The translations under genes were made by a program, and so were the position numbers. The notes beneath the pieces are model-generated. The model saw only the letters and a list, made by a program, of their open reading frames with translations, had not been told where the DNA came from and searched no databases. Of a stretch of DNA of 64,000 nucleotides, positions 20,631 through 28,311 are shown in pieces (position 1 is the first letter of the stretch; the number at the start of each line of letters is the position of its first letter). Origin of the DNA: a virus (taxonomy: Duplodnaviria > Caudoviricetes); IMG/VR virus record IMGVR_UViG_2708742532_000007, positions 20,528-84,527 of that record, one strand, 5' to 3'.

Positions 20631-21386
20631 CTACATTTGAAGTAGCCCACCAAATTTCTTGTCAAATTCATTCTTAGATATTACATCATCTTCTAATTTG
20701 AATAAGTCAATATGCTTATTCCAAGATTCAATGTTTACCTTCTCTGCAACTGTGGCAAATAGGGTAGATGTCTGATAGTTATAGATAGCTCCAACACGAG
20801 CATAAATAGCGTAAACTTGAAAAATGTTCATTCTACATACATCATCAAAACTGTTACTTGTACTTGCGACAATAGAAGTAACAATATCAACAAATGTCTG
20901 CTCCTGTGAGGATTGTTGTTTAAATCTTCTAGAGCGTTCAATAGCTCTTTGAATTTCTTCGTTAGGAGAAACCTTGTCTTCTGTGATTACATTCATATCC
21001 ATAATTAATCTTCTGACAAAGTGAAAACTCTCACTAGATTCAAAGATTATTTCGTATTGTATTTCTTCATTTCCATCAAACACTAATTGAAAAATCTTCA
21101 AATAAGCATTTAACAACTGTCGTGTACTAAGAACAATCTCTAATAGGTCTGCTTCCTTGATTTCCGTTAAGGCTTTTAGACTTGATTCATCTGCCATAGC
21201 TTCTTTTAGTTGATTTCTATAGTTGTAGTAGATGTGTAGAGAGTTTTGAGCGATAAGATTTATCTCAGCAGCATGACTAAGATATTCTCGATAGGTTAAA
21301 AATCTGATAGAACCAAATTTCGTATCTACTGTTTCACCGAAAATAAATAAATTCTTATCGTAGTCTAGATTTTCAATGTGGTGCAT
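20631..21386 (-). CDS. YomV-like virion morphogenesis protein
   Basis: 251 aa; LFATV...IESWNKHIDLF C-terminal motif; synteny. Confidence 0.6.
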   Translation of the reverse strand: MHHIENLDYDKNLFIFGETVDTKFGSIRFLTYREYLSHAAEINLIAQNSLHIYYNYRNQLKEAMADESSLKALTEIKEADLLEIVLSTRQLLNAYLKIFQLVFDGNEEIQYEIIFESSESFHFVRRLIMDMNVITEDKVSPNEEIQRAIERSRRFKQQSSQEQTFVDIVTSIVASTSNSFDDVCRMNIFQVYAIYARVGAIYNYQTSTLFATVAEKVNIESWNKHIDLFKLEDDVISKNEFDKKFGGLLQM

Positions 21387-21907
21387 TATTTCTTACTCAC
21401 ATTCATTGTGTATTGATGTAAGAAGCGTCTATAATGTGTTGGGGCTTCACGAGGGTTGCCTGATTTGTATTCGAGCTTACCAAAGCCTGCAATACGCTCT
21501 AACGCTATCAGCTCATTAATCCTGTCAGATATTCGTGATATTCTTAAATCTCTGTCAAATGATTCATGAATAAAAATGTCAATGTTAACCTCTTGTTGTG
21601 CTACTAGATAGCTTTCAATTACAGGTCTACGTCTACCTTCGTAAATGTAAATCTTGCATAGTTTATTTTCTATTAGGTCAGAGGTTTTTTCGCCTAAAAC
21701 AACTCTCTCGTCAACTAGTTTCCAATAATCATCACTTTCAATGTTTACTAAGTTTGGTAACTTAGGGTCAAGTGGGTCGGGATGATAGTTTTCTTGAGTG
21801 TCATATCCTTTAGGCTCATATTTTAATAATCTCATTAGTTCTTCATCAGTGATTAAAATTTGATATATGTTTGAGAAGAACTCTACTGTTGAACTTTGTT
21901 TAATCAT
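21386..21907 (-). CDS. Tail terminator/completion protein (YomW-like)
   Basis: DEELMRLLKY.P...DPLDP..P...QEVNIDIFIH...RI.DRINEL; synteny. Confidence 0.65.
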   Translation of the reverse strand: MIKQSSTVEFFSNIYQILITDEELMRLLKYEPKGYDTQENYHPDPLDPKLPNLVNIESDDYWKLVDERVVLGEKTSDLIENKLCKIYIYEGRRRPVIESYLVAQQEVNIDIFIHESFDRDLRISRISDRINELIALERIAGFGKLEYKSGNPREAPTHYRRFLHQYTMNVSKK

Positions 21908-22500
21908 GTTATTGGAATCCTTTACAGTTGGATTTCAATGTAACCAATACCGTTCATTACATGTTCCATTGATACGGTAACTTGATACTGATTCTGATAT
22001 ATGGTTACAGTTGAGTTAATTTCAGGAATGTGATTTGCTAAGGTAGTTTTAAAATAACTGAACCATTAGGAAAGGGAATAGAGAGTTATCATCCTGAGAG
22101 TAAATCTTGTCAGTCATTATACAAGGCTTTTTAATATTTATTTTTTCTGTTTTATAGATTGGTCTAACCAACAGTGTTAGTAACCACCTTGATTTTTCTT
22201 TCGTTTTAATAGGGAACTCAGTGTTATAAAGTTCACCGATTAACTGAGGATATATTTCATCATCAACCATGTTTGTAACAAGGTAAGTGAAGTCTCTCCA
22301 AATCAGGCAAAAACAAGAATTTACGCCCATAAAAAGATCTAATGTCATTTACGATACTAGGGATTGGTAATGTTTCCTGCATATCAATAAAAACATAAGA
22401 TAGGGAAGGAGAATCTAAGATATAGTTCACCATTTGTCTTTTTGTGGAATTTTACAAGTCTTTAATTGTGTTATCATTAGCTCGAACCCTTTTTCTACAA
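21904..22500 (-). pseudogene. Decayed head-closure/head-tail connector gene (YomX-like)
   Basis: ORF 22049-22348 is an internal fragment; another frame gives ...HIPEINSTVTIYQNQYQV...GIGYIEIQL* just before the next gene; frameshifts and stops; family inferred from position. Confidence 0.55.
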
Positions 22501-22515
22501 GCGCTAAACATTACA

Positions 22516-22824
22516 TCATTCCTGTTCTAGTTTTTGTATTTGTTTTTCAATCGTGTCAATAGTTCCAAACACTTTGCTTTTAATGAATGGTTTATTGTCC
22601 TCTTTAATACACTCTTTAAGCAATCCATTAAGAATAGCATGAGTTTGAACAATCCATGCGCCATCATATTCAGGTGTGATTTCTTTTACGTTATGAACCT
22701 CAAAAATAACTGAATTAATGTGGTCAGGTAGCGTAGAAACACCTTCCTCATATAGTGGCAAAATCTTAAAGATAGAGCCTTTTAATGAGTGCATATAGTT
22801 TAAATAATCTAATTTTGCAATCAT
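22516..22824 (-). CDS. Hypothetical protein (YomY-like position)
   Basis: 102 aa; LKGSIFKILPLYEE motif. Confidence 0.6.
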   Translation of the reverse strand: MIAKLDYLNYMHSLKGSIFKILPLYEEGVSTLPDHINSVIFEVHNVKEITPEYDGAWIVQTHAILNGLLKECIKEDNKPFIKSKVFGTIDTIEKQIQKLEQE

Positions 22825-23084
22825 TGTGTGTTATCCTTTGATATTAAATAATTCTTTTACATAAGCAACGCTATATGAGCCCTTAAGAAGCGGGGTGAGT
22901 TGATTTCATTAAAATTAGCTCAGCTAAAGTAATGTATTGAACAACGCTAAATTTAGCCCATTCAAACTTTTCGCTAGTGCGACTGGGAAATTAAAACTAA
23001 ATTGGTGTTGCTAATCGAAAAACGATTAAATCATTACGATTAATTTCTAGTCGTTTTTTTAGATCTAGCAGTAGTTTTTGTAAC

Positions 23085-23330
23085 TTACGCTTCTTTTACA
23101 GCTTTCGCATATGAACCAACGATTTCAGCTATATCATTAGAAGCTTCTTTGAAGCCTACTTCATAACCTTCGTCATATGCTTCTTCAATAGCTGTTTCTA
23201 ACGTGCTAGCAATTAACTGTGATACGGCAATATGAAAGGCTTGCTTAGGTTCAGTGCCGATTTCAATTAAATTTTCGAAAGCATCATATGTTGTACATAC
23301 TTGACATTTTGTTTCTTCCATTGTTTTCAT
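23085..23330 (-). CDS. Hypothetical phage protein
   Basis: 81 aa with AAGGAG RBS; AYDEGYEVGF motif. Confidence 0.65.
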   Translation of the reverse strand: MKTMEETKCQVCTTYDAFENLIEIGTEPKQAFHIAVSQLIASTLETAIEEAYDEGYEVGFKEASNDIAEIVGSYAKAVKEA

Positions 23331-23335
23331 GCTCC

Positions 23336-24520
23336 TTAATACTTGATATAGAATGTAGCTTTACGACCATTTCTATCAAGCCATAGTAGTTTTTGGTGTG
23401 CCTTAGAAAGTAGGCGACTGTCTTTTGAATAGTTGTTCGTTCCCGCGAAACCACCATTTACTATTAGGTCTACGCCATGAATCTCATTCTCAAAATTCTT
23501 GTGAATATGACCTGCGAAAATAGCAGTAGGGAACTTTTGAATCATCATTGTTAGGTCTTGAATCACTTTGCTATAGTTGTCTAAGTGACCATGAACACCG
23601 AAGTAAGTTCTACCTAAGATTGTTGCTACTATGATTTCGCTGTCATACTTGTTGTCCATCATAGTAACATTCGGCAAGTTTTCTAAACGAGCTCCCATAT
23701 ACCATGTGACAAAATCATGGAAACTCTCAGTCTTAATTTCCTCCTCTTTGCGAGAAGAAATTCTGTCATGATTACCTTTGACACTGTAAACTTTAACTTT
23801 TTCAAAGTAGTTTGCTAGAATAGCGACAAGTCTAGCCAAAGCTTCAGCTACTGACTTAGTTTGCTCAACTGCGGTTTCTGTTTCACCAATCTTAGTAAGG
23901 CGGTGTAGATTGCCCTCAATTAAATCACCTAATTGCATGATATGAAGCTCTCTAGCTCCTGTTAACTCTTGATAAGCTATTATTTCATTAATTGTTTGTT
24001 CAATGCGTTCATAGAACACTTCTTCATTAAATGTGTTCCAATGGTTATCTGTTACCATTCCTTTGTGAAGGTCTGATAACATTAAAGTAAGAGATGTGTC
24101 ACCATTATATTTAACATCTGCTTTCTTGTAGTTAAGTGGTCTAGCGTTGTTGATTTCATCTTTAATAGAGTCAATCAGCTTTTTAAGCAAGTTATCCAAC
24201 CTTGCTTCGTGGCGTAAGAATTGTTTGTACTCACGCTTTTGGTCTTGAACTTGCATTTTAGCAATCTCAAGCTCTTTAATTTTGTCGTTTAATTCTTCTA
24301 GTTCTCCAGAGGTATTAGCGTTCTGCTTAATAGCGTAATCTCTACCTTGTTTGAAAGCTTTATACCATTTGCGATAATATGATTCACCGAAATTAAGTTT
24401 AAGCTCTTTGTTAAGAAGTTCACAAATACCTTCCCATGTAAGACCAAGAATCTTTTTGTTCTCACAGATTCGATACTTGTATTCTTCAACGATTTCATTA
24501 GGAAGTTGTTTAGTGTTCAT
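23336..24520 (-). CDS. Calcineurin-like metallophosphoesterase (YonJ-like)
   Basis: SDLH, GDLIEG, GNHD, HGH and GHIH motifs; next to the YonK-like gene. Confidence 0.85.
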   Translation of the reverse strand: MNTKQLPNEIVEEYKYRICENKKILGLTWEGICELLNKELKLNFGESYYRKWYKAFKQGRDYAIKQNANTSGELEELNDKIKELEIAKMQVQDQKREYKQFLRHEARLDNLLKKLIDSIKDEINNARPLNYKKADVKYNGDTSLTLMLSDLHKGMVTDNHWNTFNEEVFYERIEQTINEIIAYQELTGARELHIMQLGDLIEGNLHRLTKIGETETAVEQTKSVAEALARLVAILANYFEKVKVYSVKGNHDRISSRKEEEIKTESFHDFVTWYMGARLENLPNVTMMDNKYDSEIIVATILGRTYFGVHGHLDNYSKVIQDLTMMIQKFPTAIFAGHIHKNFENEIHGVDLIVNGGFAGTNNYSKDSRLLSKAHQKLLWLDRNGRKATFYIKY

Positions 24521-24523
24521 CTA

Positions 24524-24778
24524 TTAATCTTCCTTAAATAAGTCTTCTTCTTGTTCTGCATCTGTTTCAGAAGATACATTGAACTCGTTAATAATTGCGA
24601 TTGAATCTTCTTCTTTGATAGAAAGAGTGATGTTTTTACCATTAAATTCTTCCAGTAATTTATTTAGGCTATACTTGAAATCGCCATCTTTAACAGATTC
24701 AGTTACGATTAACTCTCCTAAAGTCCAATCAATATCAAGTTTACCTTTTAGTTGTATTGAATTAGTGCGCTTTGCCAT
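24524..24778 (-). CDS. yonK: YonK-family protein
   Basis: KG.LD.....E..K....Y....LLEEFNGKNITLSIKEE matches YonK. Confidence 0.75.
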   Translation of the reverse strand: MAKRTNSIQLKGKLDIDWTLGELIVTESVKDGDFKYSLNKLLEEFNGKNITLSIKEEDSIAIINEFNVSSETDAEQEEDLFKED

Positions 24779-25032
24779 TATTTTTTAGCACCTGCTTTAA
24801 CTGACTTTTGAACAGCTTTCGCTTGTAATAAGCCATTTGGTGTAACAGGGAAGATAGCAACGCCACCACTGTAATCTACAGCGTGATAAGTTTGCTTTTT
24901 ATCGTATTCAACTTTTCCATTTTTCTTCACAGATTTGCCAAGTTTATCAAGCTTTACTGCGTAATGTGTGTATAAGTCAACTACTGCATATCTAAGACCA
25001 TACATAGTCTTAATTTTTCTAATGTGTAACAT
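24778..25032 (-). CDS. Small basic hypothetical protein
   Basis: 84 aa; stop overlaps the yonK start. Confidence 0.65.
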   Translation of the reverse strand: MLHIRKIKTMYGLRYAVVDLYTHYAVKLDKLGKSVKKNGKVEYDKKQTYHAVDYSGGVAIFPVTPNGLLQAKAVQKSVKAGAKK

Positions 25033-25072
25033 TTCTCATTTCTCCTTTACTCTAGTAAATTCAATATTTTAT

Positions 25073-25145
25073 TGTAGGGGCTAGTGGGATTGAACCAATG
25101 ACTTTGGGTTAGGAATCTAACGTTTTATCACTAAACTAAGCCCCA
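25073..25145 (-). pseudogene. Degenerate tRNA (anticodon CCT, Arg-like)
   Basis: GGGGCT/AGCCCC acceptor, TAGTTTAG D-arm, GGTTCAATCC T-loop; anticodon stem has two mismatches; no CCA. Confidence 0.55.
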
Positions 25146-25159
25146 ATTACAACAAAAAA

Positions 25160-25191
25160 CACTATTAGAATAGTACGTCTTTCTAATAGTG
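25160..25191 (-). terminator. Hairpin terminator
   Basis: CACTATTAGAA...TTCTAATAGTG perfect inverted repeat with preceding A6. Confidence 0.55.
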
Positions 25192-25375
25192 AATTGATTG
25201 TCTTAATATTCAGTTATGTAGTAGACACATTCACCTTACAGAATAATAATGATTCTTTAGCTTGTTTTAAGATTACTGTGTCTGAATCACACCCTATATT
25301 AAAGAAACAAAGAGAAAGGAGAGTAAATGAAAAATTTTATTCACTTTGCTTTGTTTCCTGAATATAAGATGTAAT

Positions 25376-25692
25376 ATGAGGGGGGAGACGATTCGAATCT
25401 ACTCCGCTTTTGCAATAGATTGACATTCTGCGCAACTCCCATAGAGCAACCTACAGGATTTTACCCTGCGAATAATATAATTGCTGTCAATTCTCTTAAG
25501 CAATTAGTAGCTTCATAAGATTAAGCTCAGGAACAGAATCGAACTGTTGTTTCTTGATTAAAAAGCAGATGTAATGTAACTATCTAATCGAGCGCATAGT
25601 GGAGGAGAGCGTTGAACTCACAGAGGCTTGCTTATTAGACAAGGTGAAATACGGATTCACTCCTGTTGGCTGACTAGGCAGTGGTCGAACAT
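25376..25692 (-). pseudogene. Several tRNA remnants (Cys-like GCA, Lys-like TTT and truncated 3' halves)
   Basis: Repeated T-loop relics on plus (GATTCGAAT, AATCGAAC, GTTGAAC, GTCGAAC) and TGG ends, with broken D and anticodon arms. Confidence 0.45.
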
Positions 25693-25712
25693 GCAATGAT
25701 ACGATAAACTTT

Positions 25713-26003
25713 TTATAGATACTCTAATTTTATTAAACCATCTATTCTATACATTGTGTAATCATCTTTCGATATTGCTGTGTTTGAAGCAAAAATCTCA
25801 AGATTCTCTGCTTCTTCATCATAAATATCGAAATACCTATCCAACGCTATCTCAAATGCTCTTTCCTTCCAACGGTTATCTATACTATCGTCAGATTCTT
25901 TAGAATACAAGTAAGATTCATTAACTAGTTCGTTGTTAGTTTCATATGTTAAAATATAGTAATTCATAGTTATATCCTTTTTAGTAGGGCATAGGGTATT
26001 CAA
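25713..26003 (-). CDS. Acidic hypothetical protein inside the tRNA cluster
   Basis: 96-aa ORF; likely start at the second Met after AAAGGA. Confidence 0.5.
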   Translation of the reverse strand: MNTLCPTKKDITMNYYILTYETNNELVNESYLYSKESDDSIDNRWKERAFEIALDRYFDIYDEEAENLEIFASNTAISKDDYTMYRIDGLIKLEYL

Positions 26004-26056
26004 AACTCTAAATACTCGAAAGAAAATCGAGTGCCGTAGTCCACGTCAAATGCCCC
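25983..26056 (-). pseudogene. Degenerate tRNA-Glu(TTC)
   Basis: GGGGCAT/ATGCCCT acceptor, CTCGA-TTTTCTT-TCGAG anticodon arm; corrupted D and T arms. Confidence 0.5.
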
Positions 26057-26066
26057 CAAATTTTAT

Positions 26067-26143
26067 TGGCGCGCCATGAGAGATTCGAACTCCCAACCGA
26101 CAGGGTAGAAACCTGTTGCTCTAATCCATTGAGCTAATGACGC
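26067..26143 (-). tRNA. tRNA-Arg(UCU)
   Basis: GCGTCAT-TAGCTCAATGGATTAGAGC-A-ACAGG-TTTCTAC-CCTGT...GGGAGTTCGAATCTCTC-ATGGCGC-GCCA: full cloverleaf with encoded CCA. Confidence 0.92.
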
Positions 26144-26659
26144 ATATTTGATTTTCAGCATTGAGCGTAGTTAAGGGAAGAACTACGCTCAAACTTTGAT
26201 TCTGAGGAGGTTTAAGTTATGAAATCAAAAAGAACTTCTCACTTTATCTTGCGAAGGGTAGGTAGCACCCAAAGTTCTTTTAGTTGTTTTTGTAGTACTT
26301 GATTAGGTGTAACGCTCTCTAAGATTGCTTTGCACAAGTTTTGAGTTAACCCACTTACTAATTATGTCTCAGATGTTTACTTAATCCTAATTTATGTATT
26401 TGTCTTGTTTGTGAGTTTAGTTATTATCTTACTCATGTGTTCGCAAGATGTTAAAGAGGTAGGAATAACACCTTGCGTTCAATAAGTTTATTAGCAGTAG
26501 CTTAAATAGGTAAGTGACTCACCTTGTATATTTCATATTATATTATTATCTTACTTTAACAAACGATTTTATCAAAATAATTTGAAAATAGTGGTTTTTT
26601 TAATAAAATCCGAATAAAAAGGTGAAATTCACACAGTATCACACCGATCATTTCCTGAA

Positions 26660-27043
26660 TTAGTTAATAACTGTTTTTTCTAATACTTCCTTGAAAGTTT
26701 TTGAAACAGCAAACTTTGTAGCCAAGTGAGTTGGTTTAACCACTGGTGAACCATCTTGAGGGTTACGGTAAGTACGCTCAGGTTTTACTTCAACCTTGAA
26801 CTGACCTAAAGTACCAAAACCAATATTAACTTGACTTTCAACGATAGCACGTACATACGCTTTTTCTACTGAATCAAGAACTGCTGTTCCGAAGTCTTTT
26901 GTTATTTGGATTTCTACGCTATCTGTGTCACCTTCTAAGATTTCTTTAGCTAACGCTTTTGATACACGCATCGTTGGTAGTGTATCTTGTAGTTCCTCAG
27001 CTAAGATTCCTGTAATAAAATCTGTACGACCTAATTTAGCCAT
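26660..27043 (-). CDS. HU/IHF-family DNA-binding protein (YonN-like) with insertion
   Basis: GFGTLGQFKVEVKPERTYRNPQDG...KFAVSKTFKE arm motif. Confidence 0.85.
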   Translation of the reverse strand: MAKLGRTDFITGILAEELQDTLPTMRVSKALAKEILEGDTDSVEIQITKDFGTAVLDSVEKAYVRAIVESQVNIGFGTLGQFKVEVKPERTYRNPQDGSPVVKPTHLATKFAVSKTFKEVLEKTVIN

Positions 27044-27145
27044 TTTGATATAAGCTCCTTTTTCTCTGAAAAATAAAATGGATTTTATCGCCTTTGGGAA
27101 GCGAACTAATAATCCGATATATTATTATGTTATTTTTAACGTAAG

Positions 27146-27511
27146 TTAATCTTCACTACTATTAATAGTGATTCCTAGTTGTTCCTTATCTTCTTCTGAT
27201 AGACAAGAGAAATTACTATAGCGTTCTGAGCCTTTGCTAATTTCCTTTACTTTCTTATGAGATAAGACTTCTAGGTTCTTTTCCTCTTTAGTGAGGTAGT
27301 AAGCGAACATATCCAAAATTACTTTAGTTTTTTGCTTTTCCCAAGTAAACAATAGATATTCTTCCAATGTCATTGTCTGAGCTAGAAATTCAATTTCTTC
27401 TATAAGAAGGTGTTCAATGACTTGCTTGCGTTGTGCAAAATTTAGCGAACTATCTAAGTTCACTGTTAGGTGTGGTAGTAAAATTTTCATTTTATTAATT
27501 AACCCTCTCAT
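27146..27511 (-). CDS. Hypothetical protein (YonP-like position)
   Basis: 121-aa ORF; LD.FAYYL...VLS.KK pattern; synteny. Confidence 0.55.
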   Translation of the reverse strand: MRGLINKMKILLPHLTVNLDSSLNFAQRKQVIEHLLIEEIEFLAQTMTLEEYLLFTWEKQKTKVILDMFAYYLTKEEKNLEVLSHKKVKEISKGSERYSNFSCLSEEDKEQLGITINSSED

Positions 27512-27563
27512 TCTTTAAGGCGGTGGGAAGTGACATTTGCAATACTTTTTTGTACAAGCTGAT

Positions 27564-28076
27564 TTAGCGACATGTTTTACAAATGGAAAGTAAACGATCT
27601 TTTGCTGATTTATTGTCACTATAGAACTCGTTTGTTGCAGGTAGGTGTTCACCGCACTTATTACATTGTTTTGTTTTTAAACCTAGAGTGCTTGTGTAAA
27701 TTACTCTACGCCATTGACGCTCATTCTCTTTCACGACTGCTTTGTAAACGGTCTTGAGCGCTTTCTTGACATTCTGATTCTCAATGCCTATAGCTTCACC
27801 GATTTCTCTATGGGTGTAGCCTTTTTCAACCATTTTAATAAGAAGTAACTGTTGATTCGTGAAGTTACATTGATTGATTAGTCTGTCCAATGAAGCATAA
27901 GTCGCTATCACTTCTTGATTAACAGCTTTAACCCCTGTAACGTCACGTGTGCTACCGCCGCCTAAGAAAAGGTTATCATCATATTTGTATCTAAACTCTA
28001 TTAAAAGCTCAACCACGCCAATGTCATTCATGACGAAGGGTTGAAACATTAAGTCCTTACTAGTAATGTGTGCCAT
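27564..28076 (-). CDS. Sigma region-4-like HTH regulator with C-terminal Cys4 zinc ribbon
   Basis: FTNQQ...GYTHREIGEAIGIENQNVKKAL HTH; CNKC...CKTC; first gene of the leftward arm. Confidence 0.7.
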   Translation of the reverse strand: MAHITSKDLMFQPFVMNDIGVVELLIEFRYKYDDNLFLGGGSTRDVTGVKAVNQEVIATYASLDRLINQCNFTNQQLLLIKMVEKGYTHREIGEAIGIENQNVKKALKTVYKAVVKENERQWRRVIYTSTLGLKTKQCNKCGEHLPATNEFYSDNKSAKDRLLSICKTCR

Positions 28077-28311
28077 GCTAAATCTTCCTTCCTATATAAT
28101 GTAACTTTCACCAACCTTTTGTAGTTGATTTTGACTTTAGTTATTATATATTATTTCGTAATTTTTGGATGTGTTTTTTGAAAAATATTATTTTTTAATT
28201 ATATATGTTTTTAATATAAATATATTTATAAAAGTAATGTAATGATATAAAATAAGAGAGTGACATGAAAAGGTTGCGTTTAAGTATATTCAGGAGAAAG
28301 CAGGGATAAAA
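28077..28311. promoter_or_regulatory. Divergent AT-rich control region between the two arms; contains a 19-bp motif copy (28230-28248)
   Basis: Strand switch, very high AT content, AAAAGTAATGTAATGATAT. Confidence 0.6.

Noticed and set aside
4257-21907. Contractile injection system (R-type tailocin, eCIS or T6SS)
   Set aside because: No sheath, baseplate J/wedge or ATPase genes; Dit-Tal and a long tape measure indicate a non-contractile tail
26104-26112. tRNA read as an amber suppressor (CTA in the loop)
   Set aside because: In the 7-nt loop TTTCTAC the central triplet is TCT (Arg); CTA is off register
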